Virus record (IMG/VR): IMGVR_UViG_3300027779_002131
Span: 1-61,777 of that record
Origin: a virus
Lineage: Duplodnaviria; Caudoviricetes
Direction: 5' to 3' (one strand)
Length of the DNA: 61,777 bases
Part shown: piece after piece, positions 28,040 to 37,856 of the stretch
Numbering within the stretch: the first letter of the stretch is position 1
How the letters are laid out: every line of letters begins with the position of its first letter
Notes under the pieces: generated by a model
Seen by the model: only the letters and a program-made list of their open reading frames with translations
Told to the model about the DNA's origin: nothing
Database searches by the model: none
Made by a program: the position numbers and the translations under genes

Positions 28040-28920
28040 TATACAGGATCTCCAGTTAATAATTTTCTAATGTTGCCACGGAACGTATAATGTCCAATAT
28101 GATTAAGTGCAGTTCTTGGATCTAACCAAACCTCGCCACCCATTTTTTGCCAACGTCTACAAAATGTGTAGTCTTCTGACAAGTAACGTCTAGTGTCTGG
28201 ATCAATCATTGTATCAAACAATGCATACATGTATTGCTCAAACTTCTGGTCTACATTAATGTCGTTTGCATAACTTAACTCGGTATGCTTGTCAAACATC
28301 TGCTGAATAACATCTTTCTTAATACACATAAAGCCTGTTCCAGCGTCTTTAAGTTTAACTAAATTGTCTTGTATTTGCACTTGCGGAGTTTTGTTGCCTT
28401 TCTCATCTTTTATAAAGTCAAAGTTTACAACATAGTTCGAACTATGCCCTTCAATTGTTTGTGATGTTTCATCTAGGTTTGCCCTTGCGGCGCCAATAAT
28501 ACTTTCCCAATTAACTGCTTTCTTAGGATAAGCACCAACTATAACAGGCTTATCGTATGCAACCATTCTTAACATATCTTCAGGTTCAAATTCAATATCA
28601 GCATCTACAAAAAATAAATGTGTAGCATCTTTATTTTCCATAAAGAAACTAACCAGTGTATTTCTGCCTCTAGTTATTAAACTCTCGTTTGCTAGTGTAC
28701 TAATGGTGTATGGTATATCGTACTTGTTACACATTATAGCAAGTTTCATCATACTTCTAAAGTATGGTTCGCCAAGTTGCCCACCATAACAAGGTGTTGC
28801 AATAAAGATATGCTTTTTCCTAAGAAGACCTACTGGTATCTCAATTTTTTGATCTAACAGTTTGTGCATTACTTCGTCTGTTGCTTCTTGTGGTTGTTTA
28901 TGTGTCTTCTTATTTGCCAT
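28039..28920 (-). CDS. GT-A fold glycosyltransferase
   Basis: IATPCYGG, RGRN, FVDADI, GTGFM and SEDY.FC. Confidence 0.85.
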   Translation of the reverse strand: MANKKTHKQPQEATDEVMHKLLDQKIEIPVGLLRKKHIFIATPCYGGQLGEPYFRSMMKLAIMCNKYDIPYTISTLANESLITRGRNTLVSFFMENKDATHLFFVDADIEFEPEDMLRMVAYDKPVIVGAYPKKAVNWESIIGAARANLDETSQTIEGHSSNYVVNFDFIKDEKGNKTPQVQIQDNLVKLKDAGTGFMCIKKDVIQQMFDKHTELSYANDINVDQKFEQYMYALFDTMIDPDTRRYLSEDYTFCRRWQKMGGEVWLDPRTALNHIGHYTFRGNIRKLLTGDPV

Positions 28921-28984
28921 ATTTATTATTGAATACCTTAATGTAATTGTTAATTGTATTTACGCTTCGGTTGTCGCATATCTG

Positions 28985-29662
28985 CTATATTCTGGTATCT
29001 AGATCACTATAAACGATTGTTGCAAATCGTTCATTAGCCGCAGGGCCAGGGTGGACATCATCATGAGCAAGATCGTTTTTAAAATCCCAGCCTTCTAATG
29101 TATACGAAAGAAATTCTATGTTGTTATTTGTGCAAAGTTGTGCTATAGCAAGTTTATTTTTTTGATAGTTTAAGTCATTATTTATTTTATTTCTAATCCA
29201 TGCATTGTACATGCTGTATAATCTTTTATCAATAACTCCTGTGTTGTTAATAGTTAGTTGTCCTTGCACTCTTTGGAAGAGGTCAGACTTTAATATCTCA
29301 AGTCTGCCTGGAGGCGGTTGTAAATAAACTACATACTTTGGCTTTAGCTCTGGTATCCAATATGAAGCAAATCTAAAACATGTGTCAGGACTACCTGCTG
29401 GCTTAGATAAATTAGCAACGGTAAGATTTCCTTTTTCAGCAAGTCTATAAGGCCAAGTTTTATCCTGATCAACACCAATACCGAATGTAATACTACATCC
29501 TAATGTTATTAAGTCAATATTTTCAAAGTCTTTGCCTCTAAACCCGGCGCTGTTTATTTTATACTGCACTAGTCCTGTTCTATCATTACCAATTTTTTCT
29601 TGTTCAGTTGATGCAAGATAAGGATAACAAGAATAGTTTACTAACGGTGAGTCTGGCTTCAT
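28985..29662 (-). CDS. SGNH-like hydrolase
   Basis: NSAGFRG, LGCSITFG and DDVHPG; start reassigned to avoid tRNA-Ala. Confidence 0.78.
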   Translation of the reverse strand: MKPDSPLVNYSCYPYLASTEQEKIGNDRTGLVQYKINSAGFRGKDFENIDLITLGCSITFGIGVDQDKTWPYRLAEKGNLTVANLSKPAGSPDTCFRFASYWIPELKPKYVVYLQPPPGRLEILKSDLFQRVQGQLTINNTGVIDKRLYSMYNAWIRNKINNDLNYQKNKLAIAQLCTNNNIEFLSYTLEGWDFKNDLAHDDVHPGPAANERFATIVYSDLDTRI

Positions 29663-29682
29663 ATAATATCTCAAATAGTACC

Positions 29683-29758
29683 TGGTGGAGCTGATAGGGA
29701 TCGAACCTACGACATCCACGTTGCAAACGTGGCGCTCTCCCAACTGAGCTACAGCCCC
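29683..29758 (-). tRNA. tRNA-Ala(UGC)
   Basis: GGGGCTG acceptor with G3:U70, TGC anticodon and encoded CCA. Confidence 0.96.
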
Positions 29759-29765
29759 CAAATTG

Positions 29766-29841
29766 TGGAGCTCGGAATAGGATTCGAACCTACGACCTGT
29801 TGATTACAAATCAACTGCTCTGCCAACTGAGCTATCCGAGC
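29766..29841 (-). tRNA. tRNA-Thr(UGU)
   Basis: Cloverleaf with TGT anticodon and encoded CCA. Confidence 0.96.
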
Positions 29842-29907
29842 CTATACATCTTTCTTCTTTTTATTTATAGTTTAGCAGTTACACGAGTGGTAACTTTTTG
29901 GATAGTT

Positions 29908-30075
29908 TTATCTTTCGCCGAATGGCTTTTTAGATACAAATTCATTTAACCGTTCTGCTTCTCTAAGAACTTCGTCAGTGGTTGGCATATCTTCTGGATT
30001 CTTTGCTTTAGCTTGTAATATTTCTTTTGCTTCTTTTACTAAATCTAACCTAATTTCATAAGGGGTTTTTGACAT
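29908..30075 (-). CDS. Small hypothetical protein
   Basis: MSKTPYEIRLDL...FVS; AAGGA SD. Confidence 0.7.
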   Translation of the reverse strand: MSKTPYEIRLDLVKEAKEILQAKAKNPEDMPTTDEVLREAERLNEFVSKKPFGER

Positions 30076-30213
30076 TTTTAAATCCTTTGATAATGTAATA
30101 TTATATACCAATATTTATCATGGTGTTCATAAAAAGTTATGTATAGCTTTAAGTTGCGGATAAATACAGTTGCTTAAGAAATTAATTTTAAGTGTTAAAT
30201 TTAATATATTATC

Positions 30214-30441
30214 ATGCCAGTAAAATTCAAACCAAGTGGACGTAAATGGATCAAAGATCCAGTAACAGGAAGGTCATCAAGTAGGTCGGTTCACGAACAT
30301 TTCTATATAAAGAATCAATCAAAAGAAACATTAATTGAAGCTATAAATGATCATAATATAAAGCCTAAAGCCAAACAAAAATGTCGTAACGAATTAGTCA
30401 GACGTGGTGTTAAATTAAATTGGGTTTCTAAATTAGATTAA
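30214..30441 (+). CDS. Small basic hypothetical protein
   Basis: ATAAATA upstream; NELVRRG. Confidence 0.65.
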   Translation: MPVKFKPSGRKWIKDPVTGRSSSRSVHEHFYIKNQSKETLIEAINDHNIKPKAKQKCRNELVRRGVKLNWVSKLD

Positions 30442-30830
30442 TTCCAGTACTTGTCGTACAACACATACTCTAAATAGTAAGCTTCATTCTCTGATTCAGA
30501 CAGGTGGGCAACCGTTTGCTTTGTATACTTTTTTCTGATATGCTGTTTAACATGTACTAGTTCATGTGCTAAAGTAACTAGCACTTCTTTATACGGTGCT
30601 ACTTCGTATACACCATTAATTTCTAGTCCTTTTGCTAACTCTACAATAATATTGCTAGAGTCGCCATAACATCCTCCGTGACTATTATCGCTAAGTCTTT
30701 TTGTTATACGAACTTCAACATCAATGTCACGTTTTAACCTACCTTTAAAGAAATGATGCAAGCAGTCTACACAATATTGCTCTACTTTCTTTTTATTTGC
30801 TATCTGCCCTGTTATGTAAATGTGAATCAT
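30438..30830 (-). CDS. HExxH metallopeptidase-like protein
   Basis: LAHELVHVKQ...E.EAY. Confidence 0.78.
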   Translation of the reverse strand: MIHIYITGQIANKKKVEQYCVDCLHHFFKGRLKRDIDVEVRITKRLSDNSHGGCYGDSSNIIVELAKGLEINGVYEVAPYKEVLVTLAHELVHVKQHIRKKYTKQTVAHLSESENEAYYLEYVLYDKYWN

Positions 30831-31942
30831 TACCAGTCAAATTGATAAATGTTACAGGCTTTAGGTTCAACTTCTCTAACACTATTAAGTATTATATCTT
30901 CTAACTCAGTCGGGTCAATGCCTTCAAATTTAGTTAACCTACTAATTTTAGATGCTTTTGCACTAGGCGATCTTCCTTGATCTAGTACACTAGGATTGTA
31001 CCAAGTTGATTCTCTTGCTACATTATACAATGGTATTCTGTAACGTTCATCAAATTCATCGTAATTGCCAGTTTGTGATGCTAAGTGGAATTTTAAGTTT
31101 TCGAATCCTGTGCGTTTTGAAATAGGAAATATGTAATCAAATTCTTCAAAAGACTTGTAATACATTTGTTTGTATACTTCTACATTAGTTTTTACACCAG
31201 TAGTAACTTCTATTACTTTACCAAATGATTCAATAGCGTACTTGTTTTGATAATACCCAGCATATAAAATTTCTGGTGTTAGCAAAAATGGATCTTTAAT
31301 AATATGTATGCCATGTTCTTGTTCTAGTATTGTAAAAGGAGCACTAAAGTTAAAGTAAAAAGTTGGAGATGCCCAACCTATACCGTCCTGAGGAGAGCCA
31401 TCTTCATTTAGATAATGTTTTCTACTTAGAAAAACATTGTTAAAGTCTGCCGAAACTGCTACAGTAGGTGCTTCTCCACCTAACATTAATATTCTATCGT
31501 TAAATTTAGACTTTTTAATTGCGGCAAGTTGTACAGAAATCTGAGGACTCATTGTTCTATAACGTCTAGTATATTCATTTAGATTGTTTTCTAAATGATC
31601 CTTTGCGTCTATGTCTTCAAAATGCAAGTCTAGATCTATTAGCTCTGCAAACTGTGTAGCAGTTAGTACATCATCTGCATTTATTACATTGCCATCCCAA
31701 AGAAATCTAAAGCATACTGCATTAACATCCTTACAGAAGTGTTTAGCCAAGTTTGCAGTGAATTGACTGTCTAATCCTCCACTTAAACAAACAGTAACAC
31801 CTTCTAATGTACTCAATTGTTCTTTAAACAAATTCATTAAGTTTGGTTCACTTGGTTTAGTAAGTATTAGTTTGCTGGTTCCAGCTTCATAATCTAACTC
31901 AAGTGTTGTTGTGTTGCCTATCGATAGTAATGTATTGTCCAT
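30830..31942 (-). CDS. N-type ATP pyrophosphatase (asparagine synthetase/QueC-like)
   Basis: VCLSGGLDS PP-loop, LMLGGE and KRTGFE. Confidence 0.7.
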   Translation of the reverse strand: MDNTLLSIGNTTTLELDYEAGTSKLILTKPSEPNLMNLFKEQLSTLEGVTVCLSGGLDSQFTANLAKHFCKDVNAVCFRFLWDGNVINADDVLTATQFAELIDLDLHFEDIDAKDHLENNLNEYTRRYRTMSPQISVQLAAIKKSKFNDRILMLGGEAPTVAVSADFNNVFLSRKHYLNEDGSPQDGIGWASPTFYFNFSAPFTILEQEHGIHIIKDPFLLTPEILYAGYYQNKYAIESFGKVIEVTTGVKTNVEVYKQMYYKSFEEFDYIFPISKRTGFENLKFHLASQTGNYDEFDERYRIPLYNVARESTWYNPSVLDQGRSPSAKASKISRLTKFEGIDPTELEDIILNSVREVEPKACNIYQFDW

Positions 31943-32021
31943 TAAAGGTTCTCTATTCAAACGTTTATGATAAATACTTAGTATAAATTGGATCAACCAA
32001 ATACTATTATTGGAGTAAAAC

Positions 32022-33578
32022 ATGGCAAGATACTTAGTGAGCATAAACGCCGCAGATGATACCGCGGCTCAGAGTGCTATTACAACCGCAGGTGCCTCAG
32101 TCGAAGCAACGTTAGGATTTACCTTAACATACGAGATTGAAGCCACTGAAGCACAGAAAGATGCTATCTCTGGTCTAACCGCTAGTCAGTTAGCAACAGA
32201 AACAGTTTCCGCCACTGTACAAGCAGGGGCAACATTTTCTAGAACACATTTGGACACTATTGTTCATTCATCTGGAAATAACGCCTGGAATCCAGCAAGA
32301 ACTGGAACAGGGAAATTTGTCTACTTAGTGGACACAGGTATTAATAACCTACACAACGAGTTCGTAGGTGGTACAATACAAAATTTATGGTCAGCATTTG
32401 CAGATGATGATGATGTATCAACTTACGGTGATGCTGGAGGTCACGGAACTGCTGTTGCTTCAATGATTATTGGAACAAACATTGGTAGTGCCAAAGATGC
32501 ATATTTACAGAACGTTAAACTGTTTAATACAAACGGTGGTAATGTAACAGTTGGTGAAATTATAAATTCATTAAGTGCATGTTTAGTTCATCATAAAGCA
32601 AATACTCAAACAGATGTTAAAGCAGTATGCTTACCTTGGACTATTCCAGCTAACGCATTCGTTGATGCTAAAATATTAGAAATGAACGCTTCTAATATGG
32701 TTGTTGTAGCCGCGGCAGGTAACGATGGGGTCGATGTAAATACTAAGTCACCAGCAGGCGTTAACGAGATTATAACAGTAGGTTCATTCAACTCGGACGA
32801 GCAAGTAACATCATTTACTAACGCACCTCATAGTAGTTCAAACAGTTTTGTTAACTACGGTGCTGAACTTGATATATTTGCATTAGGAGTAGGGATTGAT
32901 ATAGCAGATAAAGACAATGTATCGAACTACTTAACAGGAACTGGTACAAGTCTATCAGCAGGTTTAGTTGCAGGCGTTGTTACACATTATGTTCAACGAG
33001 ATCCTGCATTAACATCAAGTCAAATTAAAGAACAAATGTTAGCTTCAGGTCACGCAACAGGTATATTTAACTTAACATTTGATGACTCAGATGCAAGTAT
33101 TGATTATTCTTCTGTTTATAAATCAGCACTTACAACTAAGAACGTTGACGCTAGAGTATTAACAACAGTAACATCAGGTAGAATTGTTAATGTTAAACAT
33201 GGCGTGGCGGCAAGCACACTTGACTTAGGATTAAACGCATCAGCAACAGACGTTAAGATACTAGACTTTGCTCCGTTACCACCTTGGGTAACAATCGACA
33301 TAGCAACAGGTATTATAACTATTGATACAACTGATGCTAGTACATGTCCTTCCTCAAGAGCTCCAGGTATTTACTTGTTTGCTATAAGAGGTAGTGTAGT
33401 AGAAAGTGGTGGTTCTAATAAAGCAACAATGGTAGAAGAGTTCTCAATTGGATTATACACAACTAACGTTAGTGAATTAGACATCGATGGTGATCCAAGT
33501 TCATTCTATTACGATACAGATGATTCATCGTATGACGAAGTTGTTAACTATACTTCAGCATTGTCTTCCAAACCGTAA
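32022..33578 (+). CDS. Subtilisin-like S8 peptidase with prodomain and C-terminal Ig-like region
   Basis: VDTG, HGT, AAGN and GTS catalytic motifs. Confidence 0.92.
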   Translation: MARYLVSINAADDTAAQSAITTAGASVEATLGFTLTYEIEATEAQKDAISGLTASQLATETVSATVQAGATFSRTHLDTIVHSSGNNAWNPARTGTGKFVYLVDTGINNLHNEFVGGTIQNLWSAFADDDDVSTYGDAGGHGTAVASMIIGTNIGSAKDAYLQNVKLFNTNGGNVTVGEIINSLSACLVHHKANTQTDVKAVCLPWTIPANAFVDAKILEMNASNMVVVAAAGNDGVDVNTKSPAGVNEIITVGSFNSDEQVTSFTNAPHSSSNSFVNYGAELDIFALGVGIDIADKDNVSNYLTGTGTSLSAGLVAGVVTHYVQRDPALTSSQIKEQMLASGHATGIFNLTFDDSDASIDYSSVYKSALTTKNVDARVLTTVTSGRIVNVKHGVAASTLDLGLNASATDVKILDFAPLPPWVTIDIATGIITIDTTDASTCPSSRAPGIYLFAIRGSVVESGGSNKATMVEEFSIGLYTTNVSELDIDGDPSSFYYDTDDSSYDEVVNYTSALSSKP

Positions 33579-33593
33579 TAAGTTTTAAGTAAC

Positions 33594-33632
33594 AAAAACC
33601 GTGCTAAATATAAACAATAGCACGGTTTTTTT
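33594..33632 (+). terminator. Terminator hairpin containing a TAAATA late promoter
   Basis: 13-bp stem AAAAACCGTGCTA/TAGCACGGTTTTT with T-tract. Confidence 0.7.
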
Positions 33633-34673
33633 ATGATTATAGATCCAACAACACACAGCACAATATACAATCCATTAAGTTCGCAAGGACAATGGGCTCA
33701 ACATCGCTTCGGAAAACGAGACTACCCAAACTTAACACTAGACTTAGAAACTGTACTACACAGCTTAGACAGTATCTCAGAAGGCTTCTTTGTATTTGAT
33801 CGCCCTATATATTTAAAAAGTACATATGGTGATGCAGGATTATGGAAAGATGTTACTCGTTTATCCAAACTAGTAGGTGGTATGCTTACTGTATCTACTT
33901 ATGGAATGTTAGACGCTAAAGTTATTAAAACAATAAAACATCACCAAGCAATGATTCATGTGTTTTGTGATGGGTTTGAAGATGACTGCGGTAAAGTGTT
34001 TTTAGGTGCTGAATGGGAATCTATTGCAAACTTACTTAGTATTGCTAACTCGAATGCAATGGTAGAGTTTTTTGTGTTTGAACATAACAAACATCAGATA
34101 CCTTACATTATAACGTTTTGTGCTCAACGAAATGTTAAGATTAAATTTACGCCTGGCATTAGTAACGACAATATAGGCTCATGTGTTATTGACCATGACA
34201 GTAATTGGTTGTATGATGTTTTGCCTGTTGAGCTAGAAACAGAAATGTTAGATGCTGATTACGATGCCGCATTGCTTAGAGAGATTAAAGACAAATACAG
34301 CAATGTTAAGCCTGTTCAGTTAAAAAGACATTTAGAAAACTATAACAGTTTACGAACATTTATAGTCAACAAGAAAGGAAGAGGACTACTACAATTGCCA
34401 ATGATTAGCCAACTAATACCGCATAATCAATTACAAAAGTTTGATAATCCAGTTAAAGATGATATACATATTACGCCAACAGGACATGTTACTGAAAACG
34501 CAGAAGAGTACCATATGTTCTTAAATATGGTTAGTTCTGATTGGGAAATGACTAATAAAACCGTTTCTAAGATTAATCATTTAGATGAGTACGGATTAAA
34601 AACATTGTACTATGCACAAAAGTTTAATAAGGAATTTTTAAAATCTAGAAAAGTACAATCGTACTTCAATTAA
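33633..34673 (+). CDS. Radical-SAM-like protein lacking CxxxCxxC
   Basis: YGD, STYG, CDG and FFVFEHNKHQI resemble phage radical SAM enzymes, but there is no Cys triad. Confidence 0.5.
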   Translation: MIIDPTTHSTIYNPLSSQGQWAQHRFGKRDYPNLTLDLETVLHSLDSISEGFFVFDRPIYLKSTYGDAGLWKDVTRLSKLVGGMLTVSTYGMLDAKVIKTIKHHQAMIHVFCDGFEDDCGKVFLGAEWESIANLLSIANSNAMVEFFVFEHNKHQIPYIITFCAQRNVKIKFTPGISNDNIGSCVIDHDSNWLYDVLPVELETEMLDADYDAALLREIKDKYSNVKPVQLKRHLENYNSLRTFIVNKKGRGLLQLPMISQLIPHNQLQKFDNPVKDDIHITPTGHVTENAEEYHMFLNMVSSDWEMTNKTVSKINHLDEYGLKTLYYAQKFNKEFLKSRKVQSYFN

Positions 34674-34763
34674 GATAAATAGTTTATATAAGAATATAAC
34701 ATAAGGTTATATTAGTATCAGAGCATTCGCTCGTAATTGATACGCAATCCAAAGGAAAAACAC

Positions 34764-36074
34764 ATGTACAAGTATATAGCCGTGGCTCTTTTAGCCACTG
34801 TGTCTGCATCAGCGTGGGCGACAGATTATGTCACAGGCGTTGCTGATATTATTAATAACAATTGTGTAGTATGTCATAGAGCAGGTGGCATAGGACCAAT
34901 GAGTTTTGAAACGTATGACCAAGTTAGACCATGGGCGCCACTAATGGCTATTAAAGTAATGAAAAGAGAAATGCCACCTTATGCGTATGATCACGGTGTT
35001 GGTATACAAAAGTTACAAGGCGACTGGCGCCTATCCCAAGAAGATATTGATACTTTTGTTGAATGGGTAGACACTGGATCAATGTATGGCAATACAGAAA
35101 TTGTAGTACAGCCTGTAGTATTTCCAAATGATAATGAATGGAGTTTTGCACAGGACTTCGGTGAACCTGACCTTATAATTGCATCAACTCCTATAGATAT
35201 TCCTGCCGAAGGGGCGGATCTTTGGCATAAACATTATGTGCCTGCCGGCAACGAAGTTCCTAGATGTATTAAAGCAGTTCAAGTTAAGCCACGTGGAGAT
35301 GCTAAGGCCGTAGTGCATCACGCTAATAGTTCTGTATTCTTAACAAACGAAGGAACTGGAGAGTTAGAACGTTATGGACAGTTAACTGAATATGCTATGG
35401 GCAAGTGGGGTGAGATTCCAGGCGATGGTGTGTGCCGTACACTTCCAGCAGACTCACAAATTCTCTGGGACATTCATATGTATCCAGGAGGGGTTGGAGC
35501 AACAGCACAAGGACTAGCAGTTAAAGATAATATAGTAGAGATTGGACTATGGTTCCATGAAGTAGGATATGAGGACAAGAGTTACAATCAAGACTTAGCA
35601 CTATACCCTTTGCGAGATGGTTATGAGAATGGTCACTTAATTATACCTCCTAATGGTTATGCAATGACACAAGGGTTTAAGTCTTTTGACCATCCAGTGC
35701 GTATAGACAGTTTCCAACCACACGGACACTTGCGGATGAATGCCGCCAGCTTAGAGATATTTTATCCTGAAAGCGGACGTACAGAAAAGATAGGACAAGT
35801 ATCTAACTGGAGTGCAACTTGGCACCACAGCCATTTGTTTGATACTTCAGTAGCACCACTAGTTCCTGCAGGTGCAGTACTAGTTATGAAACAATGGTAT
35901 GACAATACTGCTGATAATCCAAACAACCCTGATTCAGATATGTGGGTAGTAGATGGCAGTAGGACTGGAGATGAGATGTCTCATTTTTGGATAGCCGTTA
36001 CACACTTAGATGATAAAGGCTATAATAAATTAAAGGAAGAACGAAATGAAAAAGTTAATATTGCTAGTAAGTAG
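34764..36074 (+). CDS. Exported c-type cytochrome fused to a copper type II (PHM/DBH-like) monooxygenase
   Basis: Signal peptide ending AWA; CVVCH and MPP; HH, H, HGH and EM copper ligands; AAGGA SD. Confidence 0.85.
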   Translation: MYKYIAVALLATVSASAWATDYVTGVADIINNNCVVCHRAGGIGPMSFETYDQVRPWAPLMAIKVMKREMPPYAYDHGVGIQKLQGDWRLSQEDIDTFVEWVDTGSMYGNTEIVVQPVVFPNDNEWSFAQDFGEPDLIIASTPIDIPAEGADLWHKHYVPAGNEVPRCIKAVQVKPRGDAKAVVHHANSSVFLTNEGTGELERYGQLTEYAMGKWGEIPGDGVCRTLPADSQILWDIHMYPGGVGATAQGLAVKDNIVEIGLWFHEVGYEDKSYNQDLALYPLRDGYENGHLIIPPNGYAMTQGFKSFDHPVRIDSFQPHGHLRMNAASLEIFYPESGRTEKIGQVSNWSATWHHSHLFDTSVAPLVPAGAVLVMKQWYDNTADNPNNPDSDMWVVDGSRTGDEMSHFWIAVTHLDDKGYNKLKEERNEKVNIASK

Positions 36075-37284
36075 TTTAATAACGTCTTTTGCTAGTGCTC
36101 ATGATGATATAGATATAGACTACGCTGAAAATGTAGCACCTATATTTGTAGAACAATGTCAGGCTTGTCACAGAGAAAATGGTATAGGACCATGGGCAAT
36201 GACTGATTATAGAATGCTACAAGCATTCGCTCCTGCAATCAAAGAAGCTATTGAGTCAAGGCGAATGCCGCCAGGACAGATAGATCCTAAGTATGTAGAT
36301 CGCATTATAAATCATAGGACATTAAGTCATACAGAAATGGAAACTATTGTAAAGTGGATTGATGCAGGAACTCCTGTAGAAGGTAATAGAGATCCGCTAA
36401 CAGAAACAGTATACTCAACTTCAGCGTGGGTACATGGTGAACCCGATATGATCATTGATGTTCCGGCGCAAGAGATCCCAGCAATTGGAAGTCTTGGCCC
36501 TAATGCAATACCTTATCGTTACCTTGCTGTAGACTCAGGACTAACAGAAGATCGTTGGTTGCGTGGCTCAGAGTTTCTACCTTCGGAGCCAACTGTTATG
36601 CATCACATGTTAAATTCAATTAGTGTTCCTGGACAGCGAAATGGTAACATCCTTGGTACACAAGGCGGTGGCCAAGAAGAAATGAACTATGCAGGTATTA
36701 GTGCGTATGTCCCAGGAGGAACACCTGACTTTTATGATGAGAACACTGGTGGTTTACTACGAGCAGGTAGTACTATAAACTTACAGTTACACTACACACC
36801 AGATGGTACTGCAAGAACAGACAATGCGAGGATTGGATTATACTTTCATGATGAGGGTGTAGTACCACAAGAAAGAATGGCAGGAGATTGTGCTTGTATA
36901 TTTCCTAACACTTGGACACCAATTCCGCCATACGATCCTAACTTTGTGCAGACAGCAGAAGTTGTACTAAAGAAGGATGTCAACTTGCATACATTCTTGC
37001 CACACATGCATTTCCGTGGAAAGAGTATGAAAGCAACAGCATACTACCCAGATGGAGAAGTAGAGGAGTTAATTAATATTCCTAACTATGAATATGCTTG
37101 GCAACTTTCGTATACGTGGAGAGAGCCTAAGTACTTGCCTGAAGGAACTCGGTTGTTTGTAGAAGGAGCATTTGATAATTCTGCAGAAAATAAGATGAAT
37201 CCTGATCCAAGCAGAGAAGTACCGTGGGGACAAATGTCAGAGGATGAAATGTTCTTTGGTGCATTTACTTGGAAAAATATTTAA
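36046..37284 (+). CDS. Second exported cytochrome c / copper type II monooxygenase
   Basis: Signal peptide ending ASA; CQACH and MPP; HH, LHY, HMH and EM. Confidence 0.87.
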   Translation: MKKLILLVSSLITSFASAHDDIDIDYAENVAPIFVEQCQACHRENGIGPWAMTDYRMLQAFAPAIKEAIESRRMPPGQIDPKYVDRIINHRTLSHTEMETIVKWIDAGTPVEGNRDPLTETVYSTSAWVHGEPDMIIDVPAQEIPAIGSLGPNAIPYRYLAVDSGLTEDRWLRGSEFLPSEPTVMHHMLNSISVPGQRNGNILGTQGGGQEEMNYAGISAYVPGGTPDFYDENTGGLLRAGSTINLQLHYTPDGTARTDNARIGLYFHDEGVVPQERMAGDCACIFPNTWTPIPPYDPNFVQTAEVVLKKDVNLHTFLPHMHFRGKSMKATAYYPDGEVEELINIPNYEYAWQLSYTWREPKYLPEGTRLFVEGAFDNSAENKMNPDPSREVPWGQMSEDEMFFGAFTWKNI

Positions 37285-37295
37285 GGAGACATAAT

Positions 37296-37385
37296 ATGTT
37301 GCAAATAATTACAGCAGTCAGTTGGGCAATAATAGTAACATACGTTGCAGTAAAATTGCCGTTTCTAATTATAATGCTTGTGTAA
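37296..37385 (+). CDS. 29-aa hydrophobic microprotein
   Basis: AAGGAG SD; MLQIITAVSWAIIVTYVAVKLPFLIIMLV. Confidence 0.6.
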   Translation: MLQIITAVSWAIIVTYVAVKLPFLIIMLV

Positions 37386-37397
37386 GAGGAAGTAGTA

Positions 37398-37568
37398 ATG
37401 AGAATAATCGGTATCCCTAAAGTGATAATCGATCTGGCATTTGAGTTATTCACTAGTGTGCTTATAGTGTTTCTATGTTTTATAATTGTATCTTGCGTTA
37501 TAGTATTAATTATAAATGTATACGACGATTATCGCACACTATGGAAAAATAGGAAAAGAAGAAAATGA
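37398..37568 (+). CDS. 56-aa single-TM protein with basic tail
   Basis: GAGGA SD; TM helix then WKNRKRRK. Confidence 0.6.
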   Translation: MRIIGIPKVIIDLAFELFTSVLIVFLCFIIVSCVIVLIINVYDDYRTLWKNRKRRK

Positions 37569-37681
37569 TAGTCCAGGGCTATGTGTTTATGGGCATTCTG
37601 GTATTTATTAACATTGCATGTTATGTAATGATTGATGCGTATTTCGAAGGTCATCCAGCCTTTACAGATGATGAAACATAA
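37565..37681 (+). CDS. 38-aa single-TM microprotein
   Basis: ATGA overlap with the previous ORF; MIVQGYVFMGILVFINIACYVMID... Confidence 0.6.
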   Translation: MIVQGYVFMGILVFINIACYVMIDAYFEGHPAFTDDET

Positions 37682-37829
37682 ACACTTTGCTGTTACATGT
37701 CTATTGTTATTAACTCTAATAATGTGTAGTACTGTTGATAAAGATAGTCAATACTCTTTTACTGAATATCATTTCGAAGATACTATTCCAGAAGAAAGAT
37801 GTACAGATGCAACTATTATTTGTCTCTAA
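37668..37829 (+). CDS. Small exported or lipoprotein-like protein
   Basis: Basic N-terminus, hydrophobic stretch ending in Cys, acidic tail. Confidence 0.5.
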   Translation: MMKHKHFAVTCLLLLTLIMCSTVDKDSQYSFTEYHFEDTIPEERCTDATIICL

Positions 37830-37856
37830 AAATATAGTTCGAAAGGAGGACACACA

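Noticed and set aside
29663-29761. N-terminal 33 aa of ORF 28985-29761
   Set aside because: It is a translation of tRNA-Ala; the real start is 29662
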